Positions 1-11,448 of a DNA stretch of 49,807 bases are shown here, piece by piece. Where the stretch lies: positions 1-49,807 of the forward strand of contig JAGMBY010000041.1 of the NCBI GenBank assembly GCA_023129485.1, read 5' to 3'. Position 1 is the first letter of the stretch, and each line of letters starts with the position of its first letter. This DNA is from Actinomycetes bacterium (GTDB taxonomy: Bacteria > Actinomycetota > Humimicrobiia > JAHJRV01). A model generated the notes under the pieces. That model saw only the letters and a list, made by a program, of their open reading frames with translations, was not told where the DNA came from and searched no databases. A program made the translations under genes and the position numbers.

Positions 1-2
1 AT

Positions 3-209
3 AACTTAGTTAAAGAGATCATTGATAAATTCAATAATCAGATTGATTTTTTTGTTAATAAAGGTTTGAACAAAAACTTTATTTTGAGAAGGTCAATGTT
101 AACACATTCCTGTGGATTAGGAACAGTCTCAGAAGAAAAAGCAAATAAGGCATTAATTTTATTAAACAAAGTATCAACTATTATTAGAAATAAATTTTTT
201 AATAACTAA
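3..209 (+). CDS. 3' end of a gene running in from the left edge (partial). C-terminus ...LRRSMLTHSCGLGTVSEEKANKALILLNKVSTIIRNKFFNN* resembles the C-terminal end of cobalamin-independent methionine synthase (MetE-like)/URO-D-like methyltransferases.
   Basis: The frame is open from the window edge to TAA at 207-209. The 'SCGLG' plus helical tail is reminiscent of the MetE-type C-terminal 'CGL' motif. Only 68 codons are visible. Confidence 0.3.
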   Translation, partial: NLVKEIIDKFNNQIDFFVNKGLNKNFILRRSMLTHSCGLGTVSEEKANKALILLNKVSTIIRNKFFNN

Positions 210-319
210 ATTAAATAGAACTTAGATATTATTAGAAGTGAATTTTTTAGTAGGGATATTTAATATAAGTGGCTATAATTTCTGAATTTAAATCTAATTT
301 ATTTTATTAGCTAAAGAAC

Positions 320-532
320 TTATAAAAAATTTTCTAATATTTGGTCTACTTTGATCCTATGTAAATTAAAACCCAAATTTTCAGGATCCACTCCCAAAGC
401 CAGGCCAAGTAGTTCAGGGTAATAAAAAGCTGGTAAGTTGTAGTCTATATTAAATTTTCTCTGTATTACAGCTTGATTTCTATCAAATTGAGTCTGACAG
501 AATGGGCATAGTAGCAATGATAGTAACCCCAT
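320..532 (-). pseudogene. C-terminal fragment of an HdrB-like (CCG-domain) heterodisulfide reductase subunit. Homology begins at CPFCQTQFD; there is no N-terminal two thirds.
   Basis: The translation CPFCQTQFDRNQAVIQRKF...PAFYYPELLGLALGVDPENLGFNLH matches the second CCG motif and C-terminal tail of HdrB. It is only about 63 homologous codons long and is joined to the hdrA fragment with a 1-nt offset at about position 509. Confidence 0.6.
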
Positions 533-1973
533 GTATGATTTTTCTGATATCTTCTTTTTCTCCTGGCTTTTTTATAACTACTTTTGATTGAAAATTACCA
601 ACATATCCTTTCACATCTGTAACTTCTGAATTGACTAAAACTTCTATATTAGTATTTGAGATGATCTTCTCTCTTAAGTTGAATAAAAGTTTTTGTGGGT
701 CATCTCCTGATAAGGTAAAAACTATCTTTTTTAAATGCCCCCCTAAGTCATGCCCCTTCTCTATTAAGGTTACAGGATGTCCCTGCTCTGCTAGATTCAA
801 AGCTACTACCATCTCTGCTATTCCACCACCTATTATAAGTGCTCGGGGGTTAATACCTGCATAATTTTCAAGAAGTGGTTTGGCTTTCTTTATTTTAGCT
901 ACTGCCATTTGAATCAAGCTCATAGCTTTTTGAGTTGCCTTATAGGGAGAACTATAATGAACCCAGCTACATTGTTCTCTTAAATTAACAACCCCAACCA
1001 TATTATGATTTATCCCAATATCTCTTAGAATTTCCTTGAAAAGAGGAGCATGTGTTCTTGGAGAACAAGCAGCTACTACTAATCTGTTCATGTTATACTG
1101 AGTTATCATATATTCTATTTTTTTCTCAATTTGGGGTGAGCAAGCATAAAATTCATTCTCCACAACAACTACATCGCTGATAGTTCTTATAAATTTTACC
1201 AACTCAGCCATCTTAACTACTTTAGAAATCTCATTTCCACAATGACATAAGATTACACCAATTCTTGGATTTTCATAATCGATTTCCATTTGAGCAGGAT
1301 ATCTCTTTTTCTCAATGAGACTACCTTTTTGATCTGCTAATAATGCTGATGCCAAAGCAGAAGTACCACTTCCTTCAGTGATAGAATCCGGTATGTCTTT
1401 TGGTTCAGAGAAGGAACCACATACAAATATTCCATCTCTACTTGTATTTAGAGGTTTGAAATCAGTAGTTTCGATAAATCCATGTTCGTTCAGTTCTATT
1501 TCATAGATTTGACTATCTCTTTTGGTTGTTTTTGGAGCAATAAACTCCATAGAAAGGACAATCACTTGAAAATTTTCTTTCACCAATTTACCATTTTCAC
1601 TTACATAGGTAACGATTAAGTCTTTAGTTTCTGGATCTTCTTCTATAAAAGATGGTCTACTTCTTACATAATCAATTCTATAAACATTTTTAGCTTTTTG
1701 ATACAATTCCTCAAAACCTTTACCATAAGCTCTCATGTCAAGTGTAAAAATTTTAATTTCTATTTCTGGCAGATTTTCCTTAGCTAAGATTGCTTCTTTT
1801 GTAGCATGCATACAGCAAACGGTTGAACAATAATTATGCTCCTTATTTCTTGTTCCAACGCACTGAATAAAACCGATTTTTTCTGGCTCCTTATCATCAG
1901 ATAGTCTAACAAGTCTTCCTCCCGAAGGACCAGATTTAGTCATAATTCTTTCTGATTGAAGAGAAGTGATCAC
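483..1973 (-). pseudogene. Internal fragment of a second HdrA-like paralogue. It corresponds to about residues 245-745 of the full 1048-aa copy and lacks the N-terminal FAD/ferredoxin part and the C-terminal part.
   Basis: It aligns by eye with the 3824..6970 product (NVITSLQSERIM vs NVITALQFERIM; CSTVCCMHATKE vs CSSVCCMQATKE; ICHCGNEISKVV vs ICHCGNNIAGVV; AACSPRTHAPLF vs ASCSPRTHEALF). The frame opens only 7 codons upstream, after TAA TAA. Homology stops at ...HGVTIIAT. The second Rossmann motif reads GGGIAE instead of GAGIAG. Confidence 0.6.
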
Positions 1974-2362
1974 ATTTTTAAATTTACCTTTACCTTATTA
2001 TCGTAAATAATGTAATCCTTTCTGTAATGTTCAGGCGTAAAATCTGGCATAATTACATTGCATCCTGCCCTAAGGCCTGAAAGCTGTCCTTCATGAGGAT
2101 TTAAAGCTGCTAAAGCGGTGGTAGCAGGCAGATGGATATTTTTAGTAAGTATGCGACTAAGGGCTAAAACCTTTAATGTTAGTTCTATGTTTCCACAAGG
2201 AAGGTCGCTTAAAGGGGTATCTTTTTGATGAATAAATGGACCGATTCCTGCCATATCTACATCTAAATTTTTTAAAATCAAAACATCATCAGCTAAATCT
2301 TTTAAAGTTTGATGAGGCAGCCCAACAATATTCCCTGCTCCTATTTGATAATCATCTCTTCT
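1970..2362 (-). pseudogene. C-terminal fragment (about 130 codons) of a radical-SAM [FeFe]-hydrogenase maturase HydE-like gene. The N-terminal radical-SAM core (CxxxCxxC) is absent.
   Basis: The translation ...DYQIGAGNIVGLPHQTLKDLADDVLILKNLDVDMAGIGPFIHQKDTPL...HLPATTALAAL...GCNVIMPDFTPEHYRKDYIIYDNK follows the conserved motif order of the HydE/BioB-like C-terminal half. The frame opens directly after the metF stop codon. Confidence 0.55.
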
Positions 2363-3244
2363 TTATTCATATAGGGATTTTACTTGATTTAAGATTTCCA
2401 GAGTTGGATGAACTTTATTCAATGCAAAGAAATGAAGCCCGGGCGCTCCGCCTTTGAGAAGTTCGTTACATTGCTCGACTGCAAATTCTATACCTGTCTT
2501 ATAAGTAGTTTCATCATCACCGTCAAGTGGTTTAAATATATTATGAACTTTTTCAGGGATAGTAGCCCCACACCCCCGGCAAAATTTGAGAAGAGTCTGA
2601 TAATTTGTTATAGGTATAATTCCAGGGATAATTCTCAGATTAACACCTGCTTTTCTTGCTCTTTTTACATATTCAAAATAGTCCTTGTTGTCAAAGAAAA
2701 GTTGCGTTATCACAAATTCACCACCGGCATCCATTTTAATCTTTAGATATTTTACATCGGTTTCTTTATCGGGACAGTCAATATGTCCCTCCGGAAATCC
2801 TGCTACGCCTATGCTGAAGAAATCTCCATAATTAGAGCGGATAAACTCGCAAAGTTGATAAGTATAATCCAATCCATCGGGAACAGGGGCCCAATCTTTC
2901 ATCCCATCGGGTGGATCACCGCGTAATGCGAGAATGTTACAAATATCTTTTTCTCTCATCTTATCAATTAAGGCTTTCAATTCTCCTTTACTATGACCTC
3001 CGCAAGTAAGATGATGCATTACCGGCACCATAAGAGATTTCTGAAGTTCATCAACTATACTCATTGTAAGTTCGCGAGTGCTTCCGCCGGCGCCATAAGT
3101 TACCGTGAACCAGTCCGGCTTAAGTTCTTTAAGAATTTTTGCCGTCTCAAAAAGTTTTTCTTTTCCCTTTTGGGTTTTTGGTGGAAAAAACTCAAACGAA
3201 TAAGTCCTTTCTTTCCTTTTTAAAATATCCGATATCTTCTCCAT
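2363..3244 (-). CDS. metF: 5,10-methylenetetrahydrofolate reductase (MetF, bacterial short form).
   Basis: Motifs FEFFPPKT, TVTYGAGGST, ALRGDPP and GFPEGH are present. It is 293 aa with an ATG start preceded by AAAGGGAGGAGAAG. Confidence 0.9.
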   Translation of the reverse strand: MEKISDILKRKERTYSFEFFPPKTQKGKEKLFETAKILKELKPDWFTVTYGAGGSTRELTMSIVDELQKSLMVPVMHHLTCGGHSKGELKALIDKMREKDICNILALRGDPPDGMKDWAPVPDGLDYTYQLCEFIRSNYGDFFSIGVAGFPEGHIDCPDKETDVKYLKIKMDAGGEFVITQLFFDNKDYFEYVKRARKAGVNLRIIPGIIPITNYQTLLKFCRGCGATIPEKVHNIFKPLDGDDETTYKTGIEFAVEQCNELLKGGAPGLHFFALNKVHPTLEILNQVKSLYE

Positions 3245-3303
3245 CTTCTCCTCCCTTTTTCAATATTGATTTCATCAAAAATAAAGGTCTCTTTCTCCAT
3301 TTT

Positions 3304-3360
3304 TTATTCTTTTATCATTTCTTTTATTTCGTCGAAGGGTTTTCTTTCTGCTACAATCAT
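3304..3360 (-). pseudogene. 18-codon remnant of a MetV-like gene (MTHFR C-terminal-domain small subunit).
   Basis: MIVAERKPFDEIKEMIKE* starts at an ATGA overlap with the mvhD stop. This is the position MetV holds in hdrCBA-mvhD-metVF operons, and from memory the peptide resembles the conserved MetV N-terminus (MIVxExKPxEEI). It stops after 18 codons. Confidence 0.45.
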
Positions 3361-3821
3361 ATTTTAACCTCCATTTCTAATAACTTCCTTTGATCTTCCT
3401 CCTCAAATCTTTCTTCTATTAATTTTATAGGATTAGGACCTAATTTTTTAATTTTCTCAGTCATTTTTATGGCAATATCAGCGAAATATTTTCCCATAGA
3501 GGAAGCCATTTTATAAATCTCCAATCTCTCTCCACCTATTCTGACTTCATCTAACAACTTTTTTACTGTTGACACCATCTTCTCTGCTCTTTCATTCCTG
3601 GTTCTATATTGACAACTTCCTTCAAGACAACTGGCAATAAAGACTCCATCATAACCATTCTCAAATACTCGCAGTATATGAACAGGTGTTAAGTGTCCTG
3701 CACATGGAACTCTAACTATTACAACGTTTGGAGGGTATTCAACTCTCATCGCTCCGGCTAAATCAGCAGCAGAGTAACCACAATATTCACAACAAAAAGC
3801 TATTATTTCAGGTTCAAACAT
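3357..3821 (-). CDS. mvhD: MvhD-like protein (methyl-viologen-reducing hydrogenase delta subunit family, [2Fe-2S] electron-transfer partner of HdrA).
   Basis: The N-terminus IIAFCCEYCGYSAADLAG...VPCAG...FIASCLEGSCQY is the typical MvhD cysteine pattern. It is 154 aa and lies immediately downstream of hdrA. Confidence 0.85.
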   Translation of the reverse strand: MFEPEIIAFCCEYCGYSAADLAGAMRVEYPPNVVIVRVPCAGHLTPVHILRVFENGYDGVFIASCLEGSCQYRTRNERAEKMVSTVKKLLDEVRIGGERLEIYKMASSMGKYFADIAIKMTEKIKKLGPNPIKLIEERFEEEDQRKLLEMEVKI

Positions 3822-3823
3822 AA

Positions 3824-6800
3824 TTAAACTAACACTTCCTCTCTTAGTGATAATTCTGCAGCAGTCATCTGATCATGAGGGTAATTAATTACATCTATAG
3901 CACCAGCCGGACAAGCAGAGGCACATATTCCGCAACCTTTGCACTCAAATGGATTTATCTCAGATACTCCTTGCTCATTTATTTTTGGTACTCCTGAAGG
4001 ACAAACTCTTACACAGGTTAAGCAACCTATACATTTCTCCTCATCTACTTTACAAATTTTAATACCAACTTTCATTTCTTTTTTAGATAAAACTGTACTT
4101 GCGCGAGAAGCGGTAGCTAAAGACTGAGCTATAGTCTCTCTTAAATACTTAGGAGAGTAAGCAAGACCACAAACAAATATTCCATCCCTTTTTGTATCAA
4201 CTGGCCTTACTTTGATATGTTTCTCTAAAAAGAATCCATTTTCATCCAAAGGCACTCCCAGCATATTTGCTAATTTTTTATTTCCTTCAAGAGGAATAAT
4301 TGTTGTAGAAAGAACAATTAAATCTACTTTAATTTTAAGATTCTTTATTAAATTAAGGTCAAAGAACGAAATCTCTAAGTGTTTTTTGTTATTATACTTT
4401 TGCACTTCAGGTTTTTTATCATCTTCAAATCTCATAAAAATAATACCCATTTCTCGTGCTTTTGTATAATATTGTTCTATAAATCCGTAGCTTCTAATAT
4501 CCTTATAAAAAATAAATATATTTGAGTCAGGATTTTTTTCCTTAAACTTAATTGCATTTTTTATGGCTTTTCCACAACAAACCCTACTGCAATAAGGTCG
4601 TTCTTCTGTTCTAGAGCCAACATATTGTATCATAACTACCTTTTTTAATTTTGTTAGGTCAATTTCTTTTTCCACTAATTTATGTTCCAATTCCAATTGA
4701 CTTATTATATTGTCATTTTTTCCATATCCGTAATCTGTTCCCTGATATTCTTCACCACCAGTTGCAACTATTAATACTCCATGTTTGATGTCTATTCTTT
4801 TGGATTTTCCATTTTCAATTTTTTGTTCTATTGTCGATATGAAGTTACCAACAAAACCTGAGATGTGAGTTAGTTCAGAATTTGTTAAAAGATTTATCTT
4901 TGGGTCCCTTTCTATTTTATATATGAGTTCTTCTACAAATTTTTTTGGCTGCTTATCTTCAAAATCGTACTCAATTTTTTTAGCTAAACCCCCAGGTTCA
5001 TTTTGCTTCTCAACTAAGGTCACTTCAAATCCTTGTTTGCTAAGTGTTAGAGCAGCAGTCATTCCCGCTATTCCAGCACCTAAAATAATCACATTTTTAT
5101 TAATGGGGATGGAAAATAGATGAAGGGGTTCCAAATTTGCAGCTCTGGCTACACTCATCCTTATTAGGTCTTTTGATTTTTCTGTTGCCTTTTCTGGTTG
5201 ATCTGAATGAACCCAGCTGCATTGATTTCTAATGTTAGCCATTTCACACAAGAATTGATTTAATCCAGCTTTTTTCAAACTTTCCATGAACAATGCTTCA
5301 TGTGTTCTAGGACTACAAGAAGCTACAACGATCCTGTTGAGGTTATTTTCCTTTATAGTTTGTGTAATCTTTTTTAGGCTATCTTGTGTGCAAGCATATT
5401 TCATATCCTCACAGTAAACAACATCTGGCAATTTTTCAGCATAATCTCTTACAGAATTTATATCTACTACTCCAGCAATATTATTTCCACAATGACATAT
5501 AAAAACCCCAATTTTTGGCTCCTGTTCTATTACATCTAACTCCTCTGGAAATATTTTTTCCTTAACCAATGTTCCTCTTTTTTGTGATAAGAGGGATCCA
5601 GCTAAACCAGCAGCAGCACATCCCTGTGTAACAGATTCAGCTATATCTTTTGGTTCCGAGAAAGGACCACAAACAAATACACCCTTTTTTGAGGTTTTAA
5701 CAGGTAAGTATCTATCTGTTTTGCAGAATCCATATTCATTTAAATTAATTCCCATAATTTTGGATAACTTCTTGGCATCTAATGATGGCTGAACTCCGAT
5801 AGATAGAATAACTACATCAAATTCATCGGTTTTTAATGAACCATCTTGAATATAGGTTATATACAAATTATGACTAATGGGGTCTTCCTCTATAGATGAT
5901 GGCATAGATCGAATATATCTTATTTTATATTTATCCTTTGCTCTTTTATAATACTGTTCAAATTCCTTTCCATATGCTCTTATATCCATATAAAATAAGG
6001 TCACATCTATTTCTGGAATATGCTCTTTGATCATTATTGATTCTTTTGTAGCTTGCATGCAACAAACAGATGAGCAGTAATTTCTTTCTTTTGTCCTTGA
6101 ACCAACACATTGAATGAAAGCAATTTTCTCTGGTTTTTTTCCATCGGAAAGTCTCTGAATATGTCCTAGAAAAGGTCCAGATGAGTTCATTATTCTCTCA
6201 AATTGCAGCGCTGTAATAACATTGGGATATCTTCCATAACCAAATTCTTTGAAATTACTTGCATCTAATTGTTCAAATCCTACAGCTAAAATTATTGCAC
6301 CAACATTCAAATCAATTAATTCTTCTTTATCCTCAAAATTTATCGCTCCTGTTGGACAAATTTTTTCACAAGCTCTACATTTTTCCATGGTTAAATATCT
6401 ACAATTAGGTGCATCTATTACAGGAGCATTTGGGTCTGCTTGTGGAGAATATCTATAAATAGCTTTTCTTTGAGATAGTCCAAGATCAAATTCATTAGGT
6501 AATTTGACTGGACAAGCTTTTATACATTGACCACACCCTGTACATTTATCTAAATCAACATATCTTGGATTTCTTTTAACTGTAATCCTAAAATTACCGA
6601 TATGACCATTAACCTCTAATACTTCACATAATGTCATTACCTCTATATTTATGTGTCTTATACACTCCACTAATTTTGGAGCAGCTATACAGGTAGCACA
6701 GTCATTGGTTGGAAAGGTTTTATCGAGTTGCATCATTTTTCCGCCTATTGATGGACCCTTCTCTATTAAATAGACCTTATATCCAGAATCTGCCAAATCC

Positions 6801-6970
6801 AATGATGCTTGAATGCCTGAGATTCCAGAACCCAAGATCATGACTGCACCAATTACAGATTCATTATTTATTAAATTTTGCTCATCAACTACAACTTCAT
6901 TTTTAATTTGATTTTGCTTATCATTTATAAAATAATTTCTTTTTGGATTTTGTTTATTTTCTAAAACCAA
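3824..6970 (-). CDS. hdrA: Tandem-fused HdrA-like FAD/Fe-S oxidoreductase (about 1.6 HdrA units plus four ferredoxin-type CxxCxxCxxxCP motifs).
   Basis: There are two Rossmann motifs (LGSGISG, LGAGIAGM) and two HdrA cysteine signatures (CSSVCCMQATK, CSRVCCGKAIK). The ferredoxin motifs are CTGCGQCIKACP, CRACEKICP, CIGCLTCVRVCP and CKGCGICASACP. The start is uncertain: it is TTG at 6970, and the first ATG lies only 3 codons before the GxGxxG. Confidence 0.85.
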   Translation of the reverse strand: MVLENKQNPKRNYFINDKQNQIKNEVVVDEQNLINNESVIGAVMILGSGISGIQASLDLADSGYKVYLIEKGPSIGGKMMQLDKTFPTNDCATCIAAPKLVECIRHINIEVMTLCEVLEVNGHIGNFRITVKRNPRYVDLDKCTGCGQCIKACPVKLPNEFDLGLSQRKAIYRYSPQADPNAPVIDAPNCRYLTMEKCRACEKICPTGAINFEDKEELIDLNVGAIILAVGFEQLDASNFKEFGYGRYPNVITALQFERIMNSSGPFLGHIQRLSDGKKPEKIAFIQCVGSRTKERNYCSSVCCMQATKESIMIKEHIPEIDVTLFYMDIRAYGKEFEQYYKRAKDKYKIRYIRSMPSSIEEDPISHNLYITYIQDGSLKTDEFDVVILSIGVQPSLDAKKLSKIMGINLNEYGFCKTDRYLPVKTSKKGVFVCGPFSEPKDIAESVTQGCAAAGLAGSLLSQKRGTLVKEKIFPEELDVIEQEPKIGVFICHCGNNIAGVVDINSVRDYAEKLPDVVYCEDMKYACTQDSLKKITQTIKENNLNRIVVASCSPRTHEALFMESLKKAGLNQFLCEMANIRNQCSWVHSDQPEKATEKSKDLIRMSVARAANLEPLHLFSIPINKNVIILGAGIAGMTAALTLSKQGFEVTLVEKQNEPGGLAKKIEYDFEDKQPKKFVEELIYKIERDPKINLLTNSELTHISGFVGNFISTIEQKIENGKSKRIDIKHGVLIVATGGEEYQGTDYGYGKNDNIISQLELEHKLVEKEIDLTKLKKVVMIQYVGSRTEERPYCSRVCCGKAIKNAIKFKEKNPDSNIFIFYKDIRSYGFIEQYYTKAREMGIIFMRFEDDKKPEVQKYNNKKHLEISFFDLNLIKNLKIKVDLIVLSTTIIPLEGNKKLANMLGVPLDENGFFLEKHIKVRPVDTKRDGIFVCGLAYSPKYLRETIAQSLATASRASTVLSKKEMKVGIKICKVDEEKCIGCLTCVRVCPSGVPKINEQGVSEINPFECKGCGICASACPAGAIDVINYPHDQMTAAELSLREEVLV

Positions 6971-7499
6971 TCTAAAACCTTTAATATAGTCTTACAATAC
7001 TTATATAAAATATTAATAAATTAATAAAGTAATAATTATAATATTATAGATATAGTTACTATGGAATTTTTGGACAATATTTTCTAATTATAACTAATGC
7101 ATAAAAAATCGTAAACTATTTTATACTATCGGTTGTTATAATAACAGAATATTAAATTCCTTTGTAATCCAAACTTCTTTTATGGTAGGAAAGTAAATGA
7201 AGTCGTAGATTAAATAAATAATGCATAGCATAAATTCTTATTAGAAAATTAAAAGGTTTATAAATGCTTTGGCTATGAAATTACTATTATTATTGATTTG
7301 ATTATTTTAAAATAGTTTATACTATTTACAGGTTTTTATATTTTTGGTTAAATTAGAGAAGAGCCTTCTTATAAGAGAAATAAGAGATGAAAGTATAAAA
7401 AAATTAGGAAAAAAGAATAAATAATTTATAATTAGAAAGAGTCTTAATATGAAATAAAATTTTCATAAAAATAACTGTTATCTTAAAAAGGAGGTATGT

Positions 7500-8279
7500 A
7501 TGTTAGTTGTTGCTGAGAACATTAATATAAGACGCACAAAGTTAGGTAAAGCTATGAAAGAACGAAATAGTGAACCAATTATTGAAGTAGCAAAAAGTTT
7601 AAAAGAAGCAGGCGCTGATTATTTGGATATAAATATTGGTCCGGGAACAAAGGGTGGTCCAGAATTGATGGAATGGTTAGTTACAACTATTCAGAAAGAG
7701 GTTGAAATTCCACTTTGTTTAGATACAAAGAATATAGATGCTATAAAAGCTGGTTTAGAGGCTCATAAAGGAAAAGCAATAATAAATTCAACTGATGGTA
7801 CCCAAGAACAAATGAATAAATTAATGCCATTAGTTAAAGAATTTAATGCAGCAATAATTGGGCTAACATTAGATGAAAGTGGAATTCCAAGAGATGCCAA
7901 CGAGAGATTTCAAATTGCATTTAATCTTGTAACAAAGGCAATGGAATTTGGAGTTTCTCCAGAGGATTTATATATTGATCCCATTATACTTCCAGTATCA
8001 GGAATGCAGGATCAGGTAAATTATACTATTGAATCCATGGAAATGTTCAGTCAGTTATCAGATCCACCTCCAAATACTATAGTTGGGTTATCAAATGTCT
8101 CTCAATCATCTCCGGATGAGCTCAGGAGTTTGTTAAATAGAATTTGTCTTATAATGTTGATATGTGGTGGATTATCCGCAGCTATAATGGATCCATTAGA
8201 TAAAGAGTTAATGGCTGCTTTAAAAACCTACGATATTTTAACTAATAAAGTTCTATATGCTCATTCATATTTAGACTAA
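7500..8279 (+). CDS. acsE: Pterin-binding methyltetrahydrofolate:corrinoid methyltransferase (AcsE/MeTr-like).
   Basis: The 259-aa product shows AcsE-type conservation over its full length (ERIN-like N-terminus, LDxNxGP, MEWLV, LCLDT, INST, GLT..SGIP, LYIDPLILP-like, GLSNVSQ). AAGGAGG lies 6 nt upstream of the ATG. Confidence 0.8.
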   Translation: MLVVAENINIRRTKLGKAMKERNSEPIIEVAKSLKEAGADYLDINIGPGTKGGPELMEWLVTTIQKEVEIPLCLDTKNIDAIKAGLEAHKGKAIINSTDGTQEQMNKLMPLVKEFNAAIIGLTLDESGIPRDANERFQIAFNLVTKAMEFGVSPEDLYIDPIILPVSGMQDQVNYTIESMEMFSQLSDPPPNTIVGLSNVSQSSPDELRSLLNRICLIMLICGGLSAAIMDPLDKELMAALKTYDILTNKVLYAHSYLD

Positions 8280-8286
8280 GACTTTA

Positions 8287-8317
8287 TTTAGTTTTATAAA
8301 ATTAACTAAACTTTTTT
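8287..8317 (+). terminator. Weak AT-rich hairpin plus T-tract after acsE.
   Basis: TTTAGTT-(10 nt)-AACTAAA is followed by CTTTTTT. The stem is only 7 bp and AT-rich. Confidence 0.35.
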
Positions 8318-8365
8318 ATTCTCAATAAATTATTATCAAGAACTATAATTTTAGATTAAAAATAA

Positions 8366-11091
<2,726 letters not shown>

Positions 11092-11132
11092 AAATTTCAA
11101 ATTAATGTAATTTAGAGTAATGATGAAATATT

Positions 11133-11426
11133 ATGGAGAAAATAAGTATAGAAGATGTTAAACATGTTGCAAAATTAGCTGAATTAGATCTCACAGAAGA
11201 GGAGATAAATAAATTTGTAGATCAGCTAAATATTGTATTAGAACATGCTGGAAAAATCAGTGAAATTGACACAAGTGGGGTTGAACCAACCTCTCATGCT
11301 ATTGATTTTAAAAATGTTTTTAGAGACGATATTGTTAAAAAAAGTGTAAATAAAGAAGATGCTCTATCTAATTCGCAAAAAATAGTTCAGGACCTTTTTG
11401 AGCTTCCTCTTATGATTGAAGAATAG
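11133..11426 (+). CDS. gatC: Asp/Glu-tRNA amidotransferase subunit C.
   Basis: It is 97 aa with VKHVAKLAELDLTEEE...VEPTSH, and it sits just before gatA and gatB. Confidence 0.9.
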   Translation: MEKISIEDVKHVAKLAELDLTEEEINKFVDQLNIVLEHAGKISEIDTSGVEPTSHAIDFKNVFRDDIVKKSVNKEDALSNSQKIVQDLFELPLMIEE

Positions 11427-11448
11427 ATATAGAGGGGGAAAAATAATA

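Noticed and set aside
631-864. Numerous 60-110-aa ORFs antisense to or nested in larger genes (for example 631..864, 2408..2746, 3939..4127, 9107..9319, 14036..14284, 17905..18219, 18832..19167, 36186..36512, 38973..39158, 40525..40770, 42970..43212, 44782..45027, 48240..48452).
   Set aside because: All lie inside strongly supported genes on the opposite strand or in another frame. They have odd composition and no start context, which is typical of shadow ORFs in AT-rich genomes.
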